NCBI GenBank assembly: GCA_963665845.2
Contig: OY762492.1
Coordinates: forward strand, 512,001 to 576,000
Length of the DNA stretch: 64,000 nt
From: Candidatus Poribacteria bacterium
Lineage (GTDB): Bacteria; Poribacteria; WGA-4E; GCA-2687025
Direction: 5' to 3'
Made by a program: the position numbers and the translations under genes. A model generated the notes under the pieces. The model saw nothing but the letters and a program-made list of their open reading frames with translations. It was not told where the DNA came from and did no database searches. Positions 39,102 through 48,667 of this stretch are shown piece after piece. Positions within the stretch are counted from its first letter, which is position 1. Every line of letters begins with the position of its first letter.

Positions 39102-40052
39102 ATGAGAAGGATGAAAAAACCGGGCGCCTACGCCATGGCGGCGGCGCTGCTGCTCATTTGGACATACTTTGCCGTCGCGACAGGCGGGCTGTTTTTATCG
39201 CCGCGCAACCTCGCCAACCTGACCCGCCAATCCTCCGTCACAGCGGTACTCGCCGTCGGAATGACGCTTGTCATCGCGGCGGGGCATATCGATCTGTCGG
39301 TCGGTTCGCTGGCTGGATTTTTAGGCGCGGCGCTGGCGGTTGCGGTCGTTCGGCTCGGCTTGCCTTCCGGCTTGGCTGCCGCGGGCGTTCTGGTTTTAGG
39401 CGCGGGGATCGGCGCGTTTCACGGCTTTTTGACCGCGTATCAGCGCATACCCTCCTTCATCGTCACGCTGGGCGGGTTGATGGCGTATAAAGGCGGGATG
39501 CTGGCGCTCACCGGCGGATTGACGATACCGCTGCCGGCGGACGCCTGGGCGCGCTCGCTTGGGAACGCGAATGTGCCGCCGGGGTGGGGGTTGCCGGCGC
39601 CGCTTGTGGCGGTGGCGGTTCTGGCGGCGCTGTTTTGGGGAATGAGCGTCTGGACGCCGTTTGGACGGCGGATTTACGCGGCGGGCGGCAACGAAGAGGC
39701 GGCGCGCCTTGCCGGCATCAACACGCGCCGAATCGCGCTCGCCGTCTTTAGCCTGATGGGCGCGGTCGCCGGCGCGGCGGGCGTCATCTTGACGGCGCGC
39801 GTCGGCAGCGCCAGCCCAGAGGCGGGAAAGCTGCTGGAGCTGGACGCCATCGCCGCATGCGTCATCGGCGGCGCCAGCCTGATGGGCGGACGCGGCGGGG
39901 TGCCGGGGTCGCTGCTCGGCGCGCTCGTCATGACAAGCCTCGACAACGGCATGAGCCTCGCCAACTGGGGGCCGTTCTGGCAGGACATCATGAAAGGAGG
40001 CGCGCTCGTCGCCGCGGTCTGGTTCGATATGCGGGGGCAGGCTGAACGGTAA
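39102..40052 (+). CDS. Sugar ABC transporter permease (XylH-like); start approximate
   Basis: IDLSVGS, PSFIVTLG, GGNEEAARLAGI, ELDAIAACVIGG. Confidence 0.9.
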   Translation: MRRMKKPGAYAMAAALLLIWTYFAVATGGLFLSPRNLANLTRQSSVTAVLAVGMTLVIAAGHIDLSVGSLAGFLGAALAVAVVRLGLPSGLAAAGVLVLGAGIGAFHGFLTAYQRIPSFIVTLGGLMAYKGGMLALTGGLTIPLPADAWARSLGNANVPPGWGLPAPLVAVAVLAALFWGMSVWTPFGRRIYAAGGNEEAARLAGINTRRIALAVFSLMGAVAGAAGVILTARVGSASPEAGKLLELDAIAACVIGGASLMGGRGGVPGSLLGALVMTSLDNGMSLANWGPFWQDIMKGGALVAAVWFDMRGQAER

Positions 40053-40074
40053 AGGCATCGCAGCCGCCGCGCCC

Positions 40075-40269
40075 GCTAAACCCCCTAGCCCCCTTTTCAA
40101 GGGGGAGTCTTGTTGCGCCCCTTTTCAAGGGGGAACGATCTGACCTCATGCTTAAAGTTGGGACATTTGAACCAACGATCGCTCTATTCATGGGAAAAAG
40201 GCTTCGCCAACCAGACCGTCATTCCCGCGGAAGCGGGGACGACCATCGGCGCCAACGCTTTAAGGTCAA
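40075..40269. repeat. Hairpin module plus internally deleted MITE-A
   Basis: ctgacctcatgcttaaagttgggaca...cagaccgtcattcccgcggaagcggg...taaggtca. Confidence 0.75.
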
Positions 40270-40396
40270 ATGAAGTTCATCGCATAAGCGTACTGCCTCG
40301 TCGTGTAAAAGTTGAAACGGGGCGCGTTTGCGGCTATCGTATACGTTCCCGCGCCTTCATCAATGAAACAAACGGGCGGGTTAGACCGGAGGGTAT

Positions 40397-41419
40397 GTGG
40401 AACTGACATGGCTATGGGTTCAGCTGGCGTCTGCCGCTGCGCTGATATTGGTTGCGGCGCACTTTATGGCGAAGTCGGTTGATCATATCTCCGACGCGAC
40501 AGGTCTCGGAAAATCGTTTGCGGGGGTCGTCATGCTGGCGACCGCCACCTCCCTCCCGGAGCTTGGAACGGGCGTCAGCTCCATCGTCATTGTTGAAGAC
40601 ATAAATGAGGGGGTCAACCTTGCCGCAGGCTCCGCCTTCGGGAGCAACCTGTTCAACCTGCTCATCATCGCCCTTCTCGATATCGCGTGGCGAAAAAAAC
40701 CTTTTCTTGCGTCGGTGAGCCGCTCCTCGCTGCTGATCGGCGTTCTCGGCATGCTGATCATCAGCCTCTCCGCCGGCGCGACTCTGCTTTACCGCCTTGA
40801 CACGCCGACGGCGTCATGGCGCGTCAGTCCGATGTCGATCGGCATTTTCTGCGTCTTTATCGCTTCCATGTATCTCATTTACATGTCGGATCGACGCGGT
40901 CAAGCGGACGGCGCAGGCGCGCCTAAAGAGGCGAACAAACCCAGCGTTGGCCTCTCCAGATCGGTCGTCGTCTATTTCATCACCGCGGCGATAGTGGTCG
41001 GCGCGGCGGTCTGGCTCGCCAAAACAGGCGAGCATATCGTCGAAATGACCGAATTGAGCAGCAGTTTTGTCGGGACGCTGTTTCTGGCGCTCAGCACGTC
41101 GCTGCCGGAGTTGGCGGCGTCGTTTGCGGCGCTGCGCCTCGGTTCGTCGGAGCTGGCGATCACCAACGTTCTCGGCAGCAACCTTTTCAACATGGGATTT
41201 GTCCTGTTTCTAAACGACGCGGCGTTGTCGGGCGGGACTCTCTGGGCGAAGATCTCCAACACGCATGCGGTCACTGGCGCCGCCGGGGTCGCCATGACAG
41301 CGGTCGTCATCGCCGGCATCTACGCGCGGAAAGAGAAACAGCAGCGGCTTCCCGTCACGCCTGAAAGCGCGCTGCTTATTCTTCTTTACATCGCCGCGAT
41401 GGTTTTCATCGTCCGTTGA
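40397..41419 (+). CDS. Sodium:calcium antiporter family protein
   Basis: Two alpha repeats ATSLPE...GSNLFN. Confidence 0.92.
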   Translation: MELTWLWVQLASAAALILVAAHFMAKSVDHISDATGLGKSFAGVVMLATATSLPELGTGVSSIVIVEDINEGVNLAAGSAFGSNLFNLLIIALLDIAWRKKPFLASVSRSSLLIGVLGMLIISLSAGATLLYRLDTPTASWRVSPMSIGIFCVFIASMYLIYMSDRRGQADGAGAPKEANKPSVGLSRSVVVYFITAAIVVGAAVWLAKTGEHIVEMTELSSSFVGTLFLALSTSLPELAASFAALRLGSSELAITNVLGSNLFNMGFVLFLNDAALSGGTLWAKISNTHAVTGAAGVAMTAVVIAGIYARKEKQQRLPVTPESALLILLYIAAMVFIVR

Positions 41420-41475
41420 GTTGACGCGCGCGCCGTTTTCAAGTACGCTGCTCAAAATAAATTGAGAGGACAATC

Positions 41476-42063
41476 ATGAAACGTCAATTCGGTCTAGCGG
41501 CGTTCGGATGTTTTACCGCGGCGGCGCTTCTAGTTTCACTTCACGGCTGCGGAGATGACACGCACGACCATGAACCGCACACCACCCCCTTCGAAGAGAT
41601 CGCAAACGCGATCGCCGTCATTCATCCGACTGAAGGCAATACGGCGTCAGGCGTTGTGAAATTCATGGCGATGGAAGGCGGCGTCCATGTTACCGCGCAG
41701 GTCACAGGTCTCACGCCGAACGCGTCGCACGGGTTCCATATTCACCAGTACGGCGACTGCTCCGCCGCGGACGGGACGAGCGCCGGCGGGCATTACGACC
41801 CTGAAATGACCGGCCGCCATGGCTTGCCGGACAGCGAGGAGCCGATACACGCCGGCGACCTCGGCAACCTGGACGCCGACGAAAACGGCGAAGCGACCTA
41901 CGACAAAATGATCATGGGCATCAGCATCGGCGGAACCGACAGCCCGATTTTGGGGCGGGGAGTCATTGTACATGCGCTGCCGGACGACGGCGGTCAGCCG
42001 ACAGGCAACGCCGGCGCGCGCATCGGGTGCGGCGTCATCGGGGTCGCCAACCCTGGCAACTGA
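41476..42063 (+). CDS. sodC: Cu/Zn superoxide dismutase lipoprotein
   Basis: LHGC lipobox, HGFHIH, SAGGHY, HAGDLGN, GNAGARIGCG. Confidence 0.95.
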   Translation: MKRQFGLAAFGCFTAAALLVSLHGCGDDTHDHEPHTTPFEEIANAIAVIHPTEGNTASGVVKFMAMEGGVHVTAQVTGLTPNASHGFHIHQYGDCSAADGTSAGGHYDPEMTGRHGLPDSEEPIHAGDLGNLDADENGEATYDKMIMGISIGGTDSPILGRGVIVHALPDDGGQPTGNAGARIGCGVIGVANPGN

Positions 42064-42100
42064 GGCGGCGTCTCAACGAAACGCGAACGTCGGCGCCAAC

Positions 42101-42269
42101 CTGACCTCATGCAGAAAGTTGGGACATCATGACGAAAGAACCGCGATGATCTGCGGGAAAGCTGTCGCGCCAACTCGCCGTCATTCCCGCGTAAGCGGGA
42201 ATCTAGAGGCGCCGAAGAAGACATCCGCGTTCACTAGGCAGAATGTCCCAACTAAAGACTCAAGGTCAG
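42101..42269. mobile_element. MITE-A, complete copy with CGCCAAC target duplication
   Basis: TIRs ctgacc...ggtcag; cgccaac on both sides. Confidence 0.85.
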
Positions 42270-42279
42270 CGCCAACCGC

Positions 42280-42308
42280 TTGACATATGTTTCTTAAAAG
42301 CGTACAAT
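42280..42308 (+). promoter_or_regulatory. sigma70-like promoter
   Basis: TTGACA-17 nt-TACAAT. Confidence 0.75.
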
Positions 42309-42345
42309 GCCGCTCAACATCAACTCAATGTAACGAGGAGACACG

Positions 42346-43137
42346 ATGAAAGCGACAATGTCAACATGGACGGCGGCAGGCGCGTTCGCCCTCGCCGCGC
42401 TTTTCCTTTTCCAAACAACGCTCCACGCGGGGCGGGAAGACTGCGGCGAATTGCCGAAAAACTTCCCCGTGCCTGCCGTTGAAGCGGCGAATGAAGACCT
42501 GAACACGCCGAACGACTACTCCTCGGTGGTCGAAGAAGATGAACGCGCCGGCGTCGTCTATCTGGCGCTCTCCAACGGTTCCTCCCCGAACGCGAACGAC
42601 TGCGGCTTAAGCCCGTCCAACGACCAAGGCGCATGGACAGGCTGGGGCGGTCCCATCGACCTTGAGAACGTGACAATCGGCGAAGGCGGCGGAACGCGCA
42701 ACGAAATCGTCATCGGCGGCGTCTATTACAAACGCGGCCTCGGCGCGCATGCGGTCAGCACGCTCGAATACGACTTGTCCGGCGCCAACTATGTCCAGTT
42801 TGAAGCGTGGGTCGGAATGTCGGACGAAAAAGATCCCGGCGGCTGCGGACACGGAGGAACGAGCGACTTCACCTTCTCCATTGACGGAACCGAAATCGTC
42901 AAAACGCCGACGCTCCCCGGAGCGGACGGCGGAGAAAATGTCGCGCCCTTCGAGGTGAAATTCGACATACCGGCGAACGCAGAAAAGCTGACGATCGTCA
43001 TGGGCGACGGCGGAGACGGCATCGGCTGCGACCACTCCAGCATCGGAGACGCGAAGCTGCTGACTTCCGAGGCTCTCTCGGTCGACCCGAACGGCAAAGC
43101 CTCCGCGCTGTGGGGAACGCTCAAGTCAACCCGATAA
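42346..43137 (+). CDS. Secreted NPCBM/NEW2-domain protein with conserved C-terminal motif
   Basis: IVIGGVYYKRGLGAHA, FEAWVG, DGGDGIGCDH; ends LSVDPNGKASALWGTLK. Confidence 0.85.
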   Translation: MKATMSTWTAAGAFALAALFLFQTTLHAGREDCGELPKNFPVPAVEAANEDLNTPNDYSSVVEEDERAGVVYLALSNGSSPNANDCGLSPSNDQGAWTGWGGPIDLENVTIGEGGGTRNEIVIGGVYYKRGLGAHAVSTLEYDLSGANYVQFEAWVGMSDEKDPGGCGHGGTSDFTFSIDGTEIVKTPTLPGADGGENVAPFEVKFDIPANAEKLTIVMGDGGDGIGCDHSSIGDAKLLTSEALSVDPNGKASALWGTLKSTR

Positions 43138-43148
43138 GACGCCTCCGA

Positions 43149-43516
43149 TTTAACTCCATGCGGCGGATCTGCTCAATCTGGGCGTCCGCCGCTTCTCTTT
43201 TCCGCCTTTCCGTCATGCGGGGATATTCGCGGCGCCGAGTCCGATTCCCCCCTTGAAAGGGGGCTAGGGGGGTTTAAAGGGCGGGCGCAGCGGCTGCGGC
43301 GCCTTAAGATTCCCGCTTACGCGGGAATGACAGCTTTAACTCCATGCGGCGGATCTGCTCAATCTGGGCGTCCGCCGCTTCTCCTTTCCGCCTTTCCGTC
43401 ATGCGGGCAATTCGAGGCGCTGAGTCCGATTCCCCCTTGAAAAGGGGCTAGGGGTTTAAAGCGCGGGCGCAGCGGCTGCGATGCCTTAAGATTCCCGCTT
43501 ACGCGGGAATGACAGC
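43149..43516. repeat. ~186-bp tandem duplication (terminator plus REP modules)
   Basis: Units 43149-43334 and 43335-43516. Confidence 0.88.
43160..43202 (+). terminator. Probable Rho-independent terminator of the NPCBM gene
   Basis: gcggcgga...tccgccgc stem followed by ttctctttt. Confidence 0.55.
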
Positions 43517-43648
43517 ATAGATCAGCCGCCGCGCAAAACTGAATGTCATCGCCTATAGAGACTGCCGCTCAAGGCGAAGGCTTGACAACGCCTGCAGATT
43601 CGATGTAAAAAAGGATGTCTAAAGAAGCGAATGAAAGGCGGGCGTAGC

Positions 43649-43894
43649 ATGAAGATCGCCGTACGGTTCTTTGCCGGCTGCAGAGAAGCGGTTCAACAAA
43701 ACGAGACGGAGCTGGAGCTGCCGGAAGGCTCCCGCGTCGCCGACCTTCAACGCGAACTGGCGCGCCGTTTTCCGCCGCTTGCCGGGCGCGTGGAACGGGT
43801 CCGATACGCCGTCAACGGAACCTACGCGCAGCCCGGCGACCCGCTCAACGACGGGGACGAAGCGGCGGTGATACCTCCTGTGGCGGGCGGCTGA
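43649..43894 (+). CDS. moaD: Molybdopterin synthase sulfur carrier subunit
   Basis: FFA..RE, AVN, C-terminal PPVAGG. Confidence 0.93.
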   Translation: MKIAVRFFAGCREAVQQNETELELPEGSRVADLQRELARRFPPLAGRVERVRYAVNGTYAQPGDPLNDGDEAAVIPPVAGG

Positions 43895-43897
43895 AAC

Positions 43898-44344
43898 ATG
43901 GCGGAATGCTGGATAACGGATCAGCCGCTGCGCGAATCGGAGATACTTGACCTTGTGAAAACGCCGAGGGCGGGCGCCGCCGTTCTCTTTATCGGAACGG
44001 CGCGCAACCATGCCGAAGGGCGCCCCGTCGCCGCGCTGGAGTATGAAGCGTACGCCGCCATGGCTGAAGCCGAAATGCGCGCCCTCGCCGAGGAGGCGCT
44101 GCGGCGGTGGCCGGCGGAGAAGATCGCCGTCGTTCACCGCACAGGGCGGCTCGACATCGGCGAAGCGGCGGTGATGGCGGCTGTCTCCTCCGCCCACCGA
44201 AAAGAGGCGTTTGAAGCCTGCGCCTTCCTGATGGACGCGCTCAAGGAACGAGTCCCGATCTGGAAAAAAGAACACTGGGCGGACGGCGGCGCCCGATGGG
44301 TCAACGACGATCAACAGGACGATCAACCGAACAAGGAGGCATGA
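43898..44344 (+). CDS. moaE: Molybdopterin synthase catalytic subunit
   Basis: GA...FIG..R, LEYEAY, HRTGRL, HRKEAF, PIWKKE. Confidence 0.95.
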   Translation: MAECWITDQPLRESEILDLVKTPRAGAAVLFIGTARNHAEGRPVAALEYEAYAAMAEAEMRALAEEALRRWPAEKIAVVHRTGRLDIGEAAVMAAVSSAHRKEAFEACAFLMDALKERVPIWKKEHWADGGARWVNDDQQDDQPNKEA

Positions 44345-44345
44345 G

Positions 44346-44696
44346 ATGCCGATCATCGCCTGGGAGGACGCGCCGTCTCGTCCGCGCGCGAACGACCCCG
44401 ACGGATTTTTCAAGCCGTTTGTGAACAAGGAAACGGGAGCCGCGCGCCTACAGATGCATGTCTCATGCGTCGGCGCCGGCAAGCGGGCGCATCCGCCCCA
44501 TCAGCATGCCGAGGAGGAGATCATCTATGTCCTGGACGGGCGCGGAATCGTCCAGCTGGACGATGAGCGGACGGAGGTGGAGCCGAACGCCGCCGTTTTC
44601 ATACCGTCCTGGGTCTTTCACGGCATTGAAAGCGCGGGGGACGGACCGCTGCGGTATATGGTGATCTTGGAGCCGAACCGGGAGGAGAGCGGCTAA
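44346..44696 (+). CDS. Cupin domain protein
   Basis: HPPHQHAEEE, FIPSWVFHG. Confidence 0.85.
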   Translation: MPIIAWEDAPSRPRANDPDGFFKPFVNKETGAARLQMHVSCVGAGKRAHPPHQHAEEEIIYVLDGRGIVQLDDERTEVEPNAAVFIPSWVFHGIESAGDGPLRYMVILEPNREESG

Positions 44697-45292
44697 AACT
44701 CCGGCATGACGCCTGTCCGTTCGCCGTCCGCGCCGTAGACGCGCACGGAGCCTGCTTCGTCGGGCGAGACGCTGACGGAGGCTCTGCGTTCGCCGTCGGA
44801 TCCGAGCAGCGACAATTCCGCCCCGACCGGCAGCGCGAGCCATGCGCCCCGAAGCGTTTCGTCCGCGGAGTAGAGCGAGACGCCGCCGCCGTCCGCGGTC
44901 GCTTCCACTGCCGCCTGCTTGGAGCCGTCCGCGCCGAGGAGCCAGAGAGCGCCGCCGTCTTCAATGCGGAGCGCGCCTCGGCTGCCGTCTTTCGGCGAGC
45001 GCACGATGACGGTTCCGCCCCGTTCGTCCGCCCCGACGACCGCGGCCAGCGCGCCGCTTTTGTCCCAAATCGCCGCGAACCCGCCATGGTCGGTCGAGAA
45101 GAGGCTCAACTGGCGCCGCCCTTCAGCGTCCAGAACCTCCAGAGAGTTGCATGTGAGTTGGTTAAAATGGGTCGCTTTCTCCTCCGCCGCCTCCTCTTGC
45201 CCGACAGCGTTTGTCCAAAGCAGCGGAGCCAGCAGCTGTCCTAAAAGTATCAGCCCAGCGCCGACGATCATATACAGAACGCGCGTTTTCAT
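44693..45292 (-). CDS. Membrane-anchored hypothetical protein with ~22-aa beta repeats
   Basis: N-terminal TM; recurring G.L.L...DG..RA.V units. Confidence 0.65.
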   Translation of the reverse strand: MKTRVLYMIVGAGLILLGQLLAPLLWTNAVGQEEAAEEKATHFNQLTCNSLEVLDAEGRRQLSLFSTDHGGFAAIWDKSGALAAVVGADERGGTVIVRSPKDGSRGALRIEDGGALWLLGADGSKQAAVEATADGGGVSLYSADETLRGAWLALPVGAELSLLGSDGERRASVSVSPDEAGSVRVYGADGERTGVMPEF

Positions 45293-45405
45293 CCCGATCC
45301 CTCCAGCAGTCAAGTTTCATCTTCTTGCCATGATCGTTTAAAAGGCGCATTTTCGCATGTCGAAGCGTTTCAAGCGGATATGTCCGATATGAACAGGTTT
45401 TTCTA

Positions 45406-46260
45406 TGACCTTACGTCTTTAGTTGGGACATGCCGGCGGGCGAACGTGGACGGTTTCTGTGGCGCCTCTGGATTCCCGCACGTTTTACCGCAAGGGCAGG
45501 AATGACGAGTAGCCCAATGAAGCCGGGTAGGGCGGGAGGTTTCTAGACTCCCCCTTGAAAAGGGCCTGGGGGTTTGAGCGCGCGGGCTGCGCTTGGTTTT
45601 GAACTAGGATTGAAGGATTAGTAAGATTTTCAGGACAGCGTTTTCGGGAATTCTCTTGGCAATCTTTTCAATCCTGGAAATCCTAGTTCAGACAGCATCT
45701 AAGATTCCTGATTGCGCGGGGAATAACTGGGAGGCGGACGCGGGCGGTTTCGGGTCTGCCTCTGGATTCCCGCTTGCGCGGGAATGACGATCTGGTTGGC
45801 GGGGCTTTTTCCATAAATAGAGCGATCGTCGGTTCATGTTCTGACATTGTGTCTTTAGTAGGGATATGTCGGCATGACGTCTTACCGCAAGGCGGACGTC
45901 GTTTGCGGCGCCCTTAGGTCTGCGGGCTGCGCTTGGTTTTGAACTAGGATTGAAGGATTAGTAAGATTTTCAGGACAGCGTTTTCGGGAATTCTCTTGGC
46001 AATCTTTTCAATCCTGGAAATCCTAGTTCAGACAGCATCTAAGATTCCTGATTGCGCGGGAATGACTGGGAGGCGGACGCGGGCGGTTTCGGGTCTGCCT
46101 CTGGATTCCCGCTTGCGCGGGAATGGCGACCTGGTTGGCGGGGCTTTTTCCATAAATAGAGCGATCGTCGGTTCATGTTCTGACATTGTGTCTTTAGTAG
46201 GGACATGTCAGCATGACGTCTTACCGCAAGGCGGACGTCGTCTGCGGCGCCTTTAGATCT
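45406..46260. repeat. Composite repeat region including a 340-bp tandem duplication (45582-45921 / 45922-46260)
   Basis: Near-identical units offset by 340 nt; MITE-A pieces. Confidence 0.88.
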
Positions 46261-46294
46261 GTTGAAATGGCGCGGAAGCGTCTAGCCGACCGCC

Positions 46295-47320
46295 CTAAAC
46301 GCTAAACCGAAACAGCATCGCGTCCCCGTCCTGAACGACGTACTCTTTCCCTTCCAGCCGAAGCTTCCCGCTGGAGCGCAGTTTGGAGAAGGACCCCGTC
46401 TCGGCGAGTTCGTCCCAGCGGCATGTCTCCGCGCGGATGAACCCTTTCGCCATGTCCGTATGCACCGACTCCGCCGCCTCTAGCGCCGTCGCGCCGCGCG
46501 GCAGGAGGCGCATGCGCGTCTCGTCTTCATTCGCCGTGAAAAAGGCGCACACCCCCAGCGCTTCATACGCCGCTGCCGTCAACCGCTTCATCGCCGACTC
46601 TTCAGGCAGACCCAGATCGGCTCGAAATGCAAGCGCCTCCTCCTCTGGCAGCTGCGCCAGCTCCGCCTCCAGCTCCGCGCACACCTCAACGCAAACCCCC
46701 TCAACCGCCGCGTCCGATTGGGGTTCCGCCTCCTCCGCCGTATTTAAAACGGCGATGAGCGGCTTCATCGACAAAAACTGAAACCCGCGCGTGAGCCGCT
46801 CCTCCTCGGCAGACGCCTTGATGTCTCGCAGCGGACGCCCCGCCTCCAGCGCCTCCTGAAAACGCAGCAGAACATCCCGCTCTTTCAAATGCTCAGGGTC
46901 TTTCTTGACCTGTATCTCCCGTTTCAGGCTCGTCAAGCGGTTCTCGATGATCTGCAGATCCGCCAGCGCAAACTCATCCTCCAACGTCTGCGCGTCACGC
47001 TTCGGATCGACCGACCCGGCGATATGCGGCGCGGCGTCGTTTTCAAACGCGCGCAGCGTATGCGCGAGCGCGTCCGCCGTCCGCGCGTCTGGATTCACAT
47101 ACCCCTTCGCCGCCGGCGCCAGATCGACAAACGTGAACGCGGCGCGGCGAACCTTCGATACGCCGACCCCCTCCGCAATCGCCGACAGCCGCGGATCATC
47201 GATGGGAACGGTCGCGGCGCGGTTTTGACGCTGCCCGTCCGGCGGTACAGACGTTCCGGTGAGCGCATGAAAGAGCGTCGTTTTGCCTGAAAACGGCAGT
47301 CCAACCAGAGCGATTTCCAT
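46295..47320 (-). CDS. YchF/Obg-like ATPase, divergent
   Basis: GLPFSGKTT, ELEAEL, FFT, HTDMAKGFIRAE, LRLEGKEYVVQDGD. Confidence 0.85.
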   Translation of the reverse strand: MEIALVGLPFSGKTTLFHALTGTSVPPDGQRQNRAATVPIDDPRLSAIAEGVGVSKVRRAAFTFVDLAPAAKGYVNPDARTADALAHTLRAFENDAAPHIAGSVDPKRDAQTLEDEFALADLQIIENRLTSLKREIQVKKDPEHLKERDVLLRFQEALEAGRPLRDIKASAEEERLTRGFQFLSMKPLIAVLNTAEEAEPQSDAAVEGVCVEVCAELEAELAQLPEEEALAFRADLGLPEESAMKRLTAAAYEALGVCAFFTANEDETRMRLLPRGATALEAAESVHTDMAKGFIRAETCRWDELAETGSFSKLRSSGKLRLEGKEYVVQDGDAMLFRFSV

Positions 47321-47332
47321 CAGCGGCTCAAC

Positions 47333-48448
47333 TCATTCATGCCATTCCGCCTTGGGCGGATGGACGAAATTATGAAACGCGCCCTCAATGTCCGCTTCCA
47401 GATGTCCGCCCGCATGCGCCGCCGCCTGATACCGAAACGTCATTGTCTCTCCCGCTTTGAGCGTGAAGCTCCCGTCCCCGTCGATCAGCTGCCCGCCGCG
47501 CTGGAAGCTTCCGCGCCCAAAGATGTTCGTCCCCATCAAGCCGTAATTTCGCACATGCCAGTGGCACGGGTAGCGCGGGTTGGAGATATGGTCAAGCGTT
47601 GCAATGCCGATGCGGACGCCGTCGGCGAGTCCGGAATAGTCGCACCAGTTGGCGCGTTTGCCCCAGGTTTCCGCCTCGTTGACGCCGCCGAACGAATTCA
47701 CGATCCGCCCCGTGTTCGACACCTTCAAGTTCGGCGCGACGCGGACGCACAGGATGCCCGCTTCTTTCGTGTCGCCGAAGACGACGTCCCCCTCGCTCGC
47801 CTTGAAGATGATCTTCGCCTCAATGATGCGGCGCGTGGAGGGCAGGTTGTAGATGCGCCAGACGATCTCGTCGGTCATGAGCGCCTTGCCATCCTTGTCC
47901 TGCCAGACGCTTTCGGCGTGGATCTGGGCGAAGACGGCGCCGCCCGTTCCGCTTGCCGATGCAACCTTTACGCTGCCGGAATGTTTGCCTTCGCCCCAGC
48001 AGTCGGCGCCGTTCACTTCGCCGTAGGCGACATAGAACGAGCGGTGATGGATATGATCGGACGGGTCCTCTTCGGTCAGCTCTTTTCCGCCCGGTCCGAG
48101 GACGGGGTAGAAGTACGGCCGCTTCTGTTCGGCGGAGTACTTGTAGGTTGTGAACGGCTCCCCGCCGACGCTGACGCGCATGCTCTCGCCGTCCTCCTCC
48201 AGTTGTACGAGTTCAGGCGAGGGGTACGGCTGCGTTTCATAGGTACGAGTTTCCCCCGCCGAGAGACTGTCCGCGATGAAGGCGAGATGCCCGTCCGAGG
48301 TGGTCTGCGCAGGCAGTGACGCGCCTGTAGATTTGTCCAAGACGCGGACGGGTCCTTCAACAGGACGGGGCGTTTTCACAAAAACGGGGCATTGGCGGCG
48401 GTCATGCTCCCCAGCGTTCACAGTGATATGCGGCATCAAAAGCTCCAT
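47333..48448 (-). CDS. DUF6807/PmoA-family (Pfam name only) hypothetical protein
   Basis: RPYFYPV.GP.G, DHIHHRS, FGDTKE, WCDYSG, WHVRNYG. Confidence 0.75.
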   Translation of the reverse strand: MELLMPHITVNAGEHDRRQCPVFVKTPRPVEGPVRVLDKSTGASLPAQTTSDGHLAFIADSLSAGETRTYETQPYPSPELVQLEEDGESMRVSVGGEPFTTYKYSAEQKRPYFYPVLGPGGKELTEEDPSDHIHHRSFYVAYGEVNGADCWGEGKHSGSVKVASASGTGGAVFAQIHAESVWQDKDGKALMTDEIVWRIYNLPSTRRIIEAKIIFKASEGDVVFGDTKEAGILCVRVAPNLKVSNTGRIVNSFGGVNEAETWGKRANWCDYSGLADGVRIGIATLDHISNPRYPCHWHVRNYGLMGTNIFGRGSFQRGGQLIDGDGSFTLKAGETMTFRYQAAAHAGGHLEADIEGAFHNFVHPPKAEWHE

Positions 48449-48525
48449 CTCATAAGCGGCGCGGTTATGTCGTCACGCGCTTATCATAAACCGACGCCGC
48501 CTCTAACGCAAGGGGCGGCGATGCC

Positions 48526-48646
48526 GGGCAGTCTTTATCCGGCGGATCGTCATTCCCGCGCAAGCGGGAATCCAGAGTTTTCCCAGCCGCCTCCGCATTC
48601 CAAACCGGAACCTTCAAAATCAAAGCTTCGCCTATAGAGACTACCC
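48526..48646. mobile_element. MITE-B-like element with central REP palindrome
   Basis: Ends gggcagtcttta / tagagactaccc; related ends at ~11550, ~15580, ~24035, ~43550, ~56400. Confidence 0.65.
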
Positions 48647-48667
48647 AAGCGATCAGCTTTGTGGAAT

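Noticed and set aside
47333-48448. Methane monooxygenase
   Set aside because: Only the Pfam family name is shared; the protein is soluble and no pmoBC genes are present.
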